DNA of 64,000 bases, from assembly GCA_963663035.1 (NCBI GenBank), contig OY760074.1, forward strand, positions 2,656,001 to 2,720,000, given 5' to 3'. The notes below the pieces were generated by a model. That model worked only from the letters and a program-made list of their open reading frames with translations. It ran no database searches and had not been told where the DNA came from. Position 1 is the stretch's first letter. Every line of letters starts with the position of its first letter. Made by a program: the position numbers and the translations under genes. Shown here piece after piece: positions 59,261-64,000 of the stretch. This DNA is from Acidobacteriota bacterium (GTDB taxonomy: Bacteria > Acidobacteriota > UBA6911 > RPQK01 > JADFOI01).

Positions 59261-60072
59261 GGCATTGTCAGAGAAAAACATGCTTGATTCGGCGAGATGC
59301 GTCTTGTAAGTGTCTTTGGATGAAGAGCCCATTTCGCTATTTCAAGACTTCGCCCGAAATCATCCGCCTTGCGGTGATGATGTAGGTGCGGTTTCCACTG
59401 TCGCTACGCAATGTCGAGGACCTTCTCCACGAGCGCGGGATCGAGGTGAGCCACGAGACCATCCGGTTCTGGTGGAACCGTTTTGGCCCGATCTTTGCCG
59501 CCGAGATCCGCAAGAAGCGGAAGGGTCGAATGCGTGCGTTGTCGGGTTGTCGGTGGCACCTCGATGAGGTGTTCGTGAAGATCAATGGCGAACGCCATTA
59601 CCTGTGGCGTGCCGTGGACCAGGGAGGCGAGGTGCTGGAGGCCTTTGTCTCGAATAAGAAAGACCGCAAGGCCGCCTTGAAATTCCTCAGGAAACTGATG
59701 AAGCGCTACCCTAGACCGGATGCGATCATCACGGATCGGCTGAGGTCTTACCGCGCGGCATTGCGTGAACTGGGCGGAAGCGGTCTGCATCAAGCTGGCC
59801 GCTGGCGGAACAATCGTGCGGAGAATTCCCACCTGCCGTTCCGGCGACGAGAACACGCAATGCTCCGTTTCAGGCGGATGCGAAGCCTCCAGAAATTTGC
59901 CACCGTCCATTCTTCCGTCTACAACCACTTCAACCTGCGACGATCCCCCTGCTCACGGGACAATTTCAAGCTCAACCGCGCCGCTGCACTTGCCCAGTGG
60001 CGTTAACTCGGGCGGCCTAATTCCCTATCGCCAGTGGAGAACTCAGACCTGCTAATTTCCTCTGACAGTGCT
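59261..60072 (+). mobile_element. IS6-family element copy 1; transposase 59320-60006 has an in-frame TAG at 59383
   Basis: IRs GGCATTGTCAGAG and CTCTGACAGTGC; FRYFKTSPEIIRLAVMM*VRFPLS, WHLDEVFV, YLWRAVD, NNRAENSH. Confidence 0.9.
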
Positions 60073-60097
60073 TTTTGCGGGGGGGGGTAGGTCAGCT

Positions 60098-61687
60098 CTA
60101 TTGACCTTCGAAATCCGTTGAAGTGAGATAGTCCGATGCCTCTTTCAGACCCGGCACGGAATACCCGCTCCAGATGTTCTGGAGCTTTCGATATTGCTCG
60201 GAGGCCAGGGCGCGATTGCCCAAGGCCGCATACGCGCGCGCCAGTCCGCGAACGGACAGGGCCCGGTTGGGCGTGCGCAAGAGCGCTGTCTGGTAGAAAA
60301 GCACGGCCTCTTCCGCCTGGCCGAGTTCCAAGAAGATCTCGCCGGCGAGCTCGTACACCGGCTTCACCGGGCTTGGAGCCCCACGGGGTGGACGCATGCT
60401 TTCGGCTTGCTCCACGCCCTTCTTGATGTGCTCGATGGCGCCCGTCGTGTCACCCTTTGCCAGTGCGTCGAGGGCCTCGATCTCGTGCTGCGCAACGCGC
60501 GCCGGCTTGGCCTGTCGGTCAAATAGCGACGCGCCCGCAGCTAGCTTGTCGGCTACCAAACGGATCTGGCTGGCTGCTTTTCCGAGCGTCGCGTTGTCTC
60601 CGGTGTGGTACGCGCTGATACCGGTCGCCAGAAGCTCGTGTGCGGACGACTTCTCCGTCACCGGCTGCACGTCCCACGTTTCTGTCTCCAGAACGTAGCG
60701 CGCTTTCACCAGCGGCAGGCTCTCAACACCGCGAGTTTGCGAGCCACTTTTATCAGTCAGTTCCTCGAGCCTTGCGATCCAGGTCTTGGCCTTGGCGTAG
60801 TCGCCACGCTGAAGGTCACCGTACTGCCCCCAGTCAAGCGGGTGCACAGCACTACCAATGTCGTCTCCCGGCTCCCACAGGTTGATAGCCACATCGTAAG
60901 CAGACTGGTTGGCCCTCGAGACCCGTTCCCACATGCCCCGCTGAATGAAGATGTGCGAAGGCATGTGACGCGCGTGCGCTACTGCTTCCGCGATCTCTGC
61001 GAAGCGATAGGCGGCGGGGATCGCCAGCGGCGCATGCACCGGGTCGTCGAAAGAATGAATGATATAGTGAGCGGCACCCGGATGATTCGGATTCCTCGCG
61101 AATACTTCCATGGCGACCGCGCCCGCCTCGACGTACATCCGAAAGGTGGTGTCACCGGAGGGGCGCACCGCAGCAATCGTGGCCAATGCGTAGTGCGAAG
61201 CCACCTCGTCGTCGTTGGGGTGTTTCTCGTACAGACGGCGCATGGCTTCCATGTAGCCGATCTTGCGCTCGGCGACATCTCCTTCGCCCCATAGAGTCTC
61301 GACCGCTTGCAAAAAACCCTTTTCCCGTTCCGTGGGCGCTTTCGCAAGCCGTTCTCCAGGCGTTGCTCCCAACCGCTTCAACACCGCACGAGGCGAATCC
61401 AGATCCTGGTCACCGAGGAGCGGATGGTTGTAGCAGAGACTCTCACCCCAGTAGGCCATAGCAAAGTCCGGGTCCAGCTTCTGTGCCGCCTGGAATTCAG
61501 CGATGGCCTGCTTCCATCCGAAGCTGTGCAGAATGGCTGCACCACGTAAGAAACGTGCCTGCGCTTCGGGTGATTTCGTCGATGTCGGAAAGACGAGCGT
61601 TCCGACGTCTTTACCCTGAGCCACCACCATACCCACACTGATCGTGAGCACGAGTAATGCGTTACAAATTGTCCGGAACCCCCTCAT
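60098..61687 (-). CDS. Exported TPR-rich protein
   Basis: AGGAGG RBS before ATG 61687; signal peptide; DPDFAMAYWG, HPGAAHYIIHSFD, HARHMPSHIF. Confidence 0.85.
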   Translation of the reverse strand: MRGFRTICNALLVLTISVGMVVAQGKDVGTLVFPTSTKSPEAQARFLRGAAILHSFGWKQAIAEFQAAQKLDPDFAMAYWGESLCYNHPLLGDQDLDSPRAVLKRLGATPGERLAKAPTEREKGFLQAVETLWGEGDVAERKIGYMEAMRRLYEKHPNDDEVASHYALATIAAVRPSGDTTFRMYVEAGAVAMEVFARNPNHPGAAHYIIHSFDDPVHAPLAIPAAYRFAEIAEAVAHARHMPSHIFIQRGMWERVSRANQSAYDVAINLWEPGDDIGSAVHPLDWGQYGDLQRGDYAKAKTWIARLEELTDKSGSQTRGVESLPLVKARYVLETETWDVQPVTEKSSAHELLATGISAYHTGDNATLGKAASQIRLVADKLAAGASLFDRQAKPARVAQHEIEALDALAKGDTTGAIEHIKKGVEQAESMRPPRGAPSPVKPVYELAGEIFLELGQAEEAVLFYQTALLRTPNRALSVRGLARAYAALGNRALASEQYRKLQNIWSGYSVPGLKEASDYLTSTDFEGQ

Positions 61688-61795
61688 GGCCTCCTCCTCA
61701 AGGTAACTAAGAAATTGCTTTCTGGAGGCTAGTTTATCTGGGATGGGAAAGTGGGTCAACAGGTATTTACCTAGAAAACAGCGAACCCAAAAGGA

Positions 61796-62608
61796 GGCAT
61801 TGTCAGAGAAAAACAGGCTTGATTCGGCGGGATGCGTCTTGTAAGTGTCTTTGGATGAAGAGCCCATTTCGCTATTTCAAGACTTCGCCCGAAATCATCC
61901 GCCTTGCGGTGATGATGTAGGTGCGGTTTCCACTGTCGCTACGCAATGTCGAGGACCTTCGCCACGAGCGCGGGATCGAGGTGAGCCACGAGACCATCCG
62001 GTTCTGGTGGAACCGTTTTGGCCCGATCTTTGCCGCCGAGATCCGCAAGAAGCGGAAGGGTCGAATGCGTGCGTTGTCGGGTTGTCGGTGGCACCTCGAT
62101 GAGGTGTTCGTGAAGATCAATGGCGAACGCCATTACCTGTGGCGTGCCGTGGACCAGGGAGGCGAGGTGCTGGAGGCCTTTGTCTCGAAGAAGAAAGACC
62201 GCAAGGCCGCCTTGAAATTCCTCAGGAAACTGATGAAGCGCTACCCTAGACCGGATGCGATCATCACGGATCGGCTGAGGTCTTACCGCGCGGCATTGCG
62301 TGAACTGGGCGGAAGCGGTCGGCATCAAGCTGGCCGCTGGCGGAACAATCGTGCGGAGAATTCCCACCTGCCGTTCCGGCGACGAGAACACGCAATGCTC
62401 CGTTTCAGGCGTATGCGAAGCCTCCAGAAATTTGCCGCCGCCCATTCTTCCGTCTACAACCACTTCAACCTGCGGCGATCCCTCTGCTCACGGGACAATT
62501 TCAAGCTCAACCGCGCCTCTGCACTTGCCAAGTGGCGTTAACTCGGGCGGCCTAATTCACTGTCCTCGGTGGAATAACTCAGACCTGCGATTTTACTCTG
62601 ACAGTGCC
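61796..62608 (+). mobile_element. IS6-family element copy 2; transposase 61855-62541 has the same TAG at 61918
   Basis: IRs GGCATTGTCAGAG and CTCTGACAGTGCC; near-identical to copy 1. Confidence 0.9.
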
Positions 62609-62661
62609 TTGCAGCAATTTGGACAGTACCCTGAGCAGGCACTTCAGGCGGGCCTCCCCTC

Positions 62662-63930
62662 CTATCGATCGCCCAAGGCTTCCGCCTGCCGTTCGAAGCT
62701 CTTCTCGACCACTGCGGCACCAAGCGAATCGCCAAAGACGTTCACCGCCGTCCTGAAACGATCTAGTAGCCAGTCGACCGACAGGATCAGCCCGATATAT
62801 TCGACAGGTAATCCGACTGCGTTCAACACGATCACCATCGTGACCAGCCCGGCTTCGGGAATACCCGCGGCTCCGATAGCCGCCATGGTAGCAGTGACGG
62901 CAATCACAAGCTGCGAGGTGATCGTGAGCTCAAACCCAATCGCCTGTGCGATGAATATGGCAGCCGCGGCCTCATAGAGGGCGGTGCCATCCATATTGAT
63001 CGTGGCGCCCAAGGGAAGAACGAAATCGGAGGACTGTTTCGATACCTTGGCCTTTTCGACAGCGCAATTCATCGTGATCGGCAGCGTCGCTGTTGAACTT
63101 GCAGTTGAAAAGGCCGTCAGTAGAGCCTGAGACATCTGGTACATGAAACGGAACGGGTTCCTTCGGGTGAAGATCCACAGGATCAAGGGAAGCGTTAAAA
63201 ATGCATGGACCCCCAGGCCGGCTAGGACCGTTCCAAAGTACGCTCCAGTCTGTTGAAGAACCGCTCCCAGATTTCCCCCAGCCTGAGCTTCACCAAAGCG
63301 GGCAGTCACCAGGCAGAAGATTCCGAACGGGGCCAGTTTCATCAGCAACAGGATGAACGACAAGAGCGCTTCGTTGACCTGGACGATTATCGCGGTAAGC
63401 GCCTGGACTCGGGGGCCCATTGTCGTGAGCATTCCGGCAAAGATGATCGAGAAGAAAATCAGCGGTAGCAGGCTGGTCTTGGCTGCCGATTCGATCAGGT
63501 TGTCGGTAAAGAGCATGAGGACCAAGCCCCGAAGGATTGTTCCCAGGTTCGCGTCTTCCCGGCCAGCAGTGCTCATCTGGCCCTCCGCGAGGCTCGCATC
63601 CAGGGCCGTCTGGTCGACACCGACACCAGGTTGAATGAGATTCACCATGAGCAGACCCACGATCACAGCTAGGACGGTTGTCATCAGGTAGTAGGTCACC
63701 GCAAGACCGCCGGGGCGGCCCAGTTTTCGAATGTCGCCAAGTCCAATGATGCCGCTCATCACGCTGGCCATCACCAGCGGAACTACCATCATCGTGAGCA
63801 GGTTGAGGAATACCTCACCCCCAAGCTCGAACTGCATCGCAAATCCTGGGGCAAAAACAGCCAGGAGGACGGCCACAACAATCGCAACGGCGATGTACAA
63901 GGTCAGACGGCTCTTTGGTTTATCGGGCAT
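62662..63930 (-). CDS. Dicarboxylate/amino acid:cation symporter (GltP/DctA family)
   Basis: AFSTASSTATLP, LPLGATINMDGTAL, IGAAGIP, DRFRTAVNVFGD. Confidence 0.95.
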   Translation of the reverse strand: MPDKPKSRLTLYIAVAIVVAVLLAVFAPGFAMQFELGGEVFLNLLTMMVVPLVMASVMSGIIGLGDIRKLGRPGGLAVTYYLMTTVLAVIVGLLMVNLIQPGVGVDQTALDASLAEGQMSTAGREDANLGTILRGLVLMLFTDNLIESAAKTSLLPLIFFSIIFAGMLTTMGPRVQALTAIIVQVNEALLSFILLLMKLAPFGIFCLVTARFGEAQAGGNLGAVLQQTGAYFGTVLAGLGVHAFLTLPLILWIFTRRNPFRFMYQMSQALLTAFSTASSTATLPITMNCAVEKAKVSKQSSDFVLPLGATINMDGTALYEAAAAIFIAQAIGFELTITSQLVIAVTATMAAIGAAGIPEAGLVTMVIVLNAVGLPVEYIGLILSVDWLLDRFRTAVNVFGDSLGAAVVEKSFERQAEALGDR

Positions 63931-64000
63931 TGTGTAACCTCTCCGAGTTCGATGCGATGACTCTCCCTTTGCTTGACGTCAACAAATTATCATTATGCCC

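Noticed and set aside
61688-61867. N-terminal extension of the 589-aa ORF
   Set aside because: It runs into IS6 copy 2; ATG 61687 has an AGGAGG RBS and a signal peptide
59383-61920. Pyrrolysine or genome-wide TAG recoding explaining the IS6 amber codons
   Set aside because: Many genes here end normally at TAG, and no pyl genes are in the window

Overview
A 64-kb accessory region from a Gram-negative bacterium. Acidobacteriota is likely, but that is inferred only from gene content (acidobacterial-type Ser/Thr kinases, CBM9/DUF5916 outer-membrane protein, PQQ dehydrogenase, amidohydrolase). No rRNA, complete tRNA or CRISPR array was found. Positions 1-32 kb carry metabolic genes (glpD, glpQ-like, M24 and M20 peptidases, TetR-controlled B12 radical SAM, desaturase, PQQ dehydrogenase, amidohydrolase, tannase). 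They also carry a stress cluster (type IV AbiE toxin-antitoxin, RtcB RNA ligase, Mesh1-like HD hydrolase) and an IS3 element with orphan IS3 ends that cut a dGTPase, a lipase-like gene and a kinase. Positions 33.7-41.4 kb are an uncharacterised five-gene operon of exported proteins, three with CsgG/TolB-N-like domains. It is followed by a tripartite HipBST-like system with three palindromes spaced exactly 72 bp apart, then ubiD. At 45.9 and 48.7 kb two 183-bp direct repeats each begin with the 3' half of tRNA-Asp (att sites). They bracket a 2.8-kb mini-island in which a second AbiE pair sits inside an ORF6N gene. The right end is decayed island DNA: two sigma54 promoters with a truncated activator, IS6 fragments, an IS1380 with a CTAG duplication, and two amber-interrupted IS6 copies around a TPR gene. 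Several genes are broken by short duplications or microhomology deletions, which could be real decay or assembly error. All family calls come from motif recognition by eye; no database search was run.
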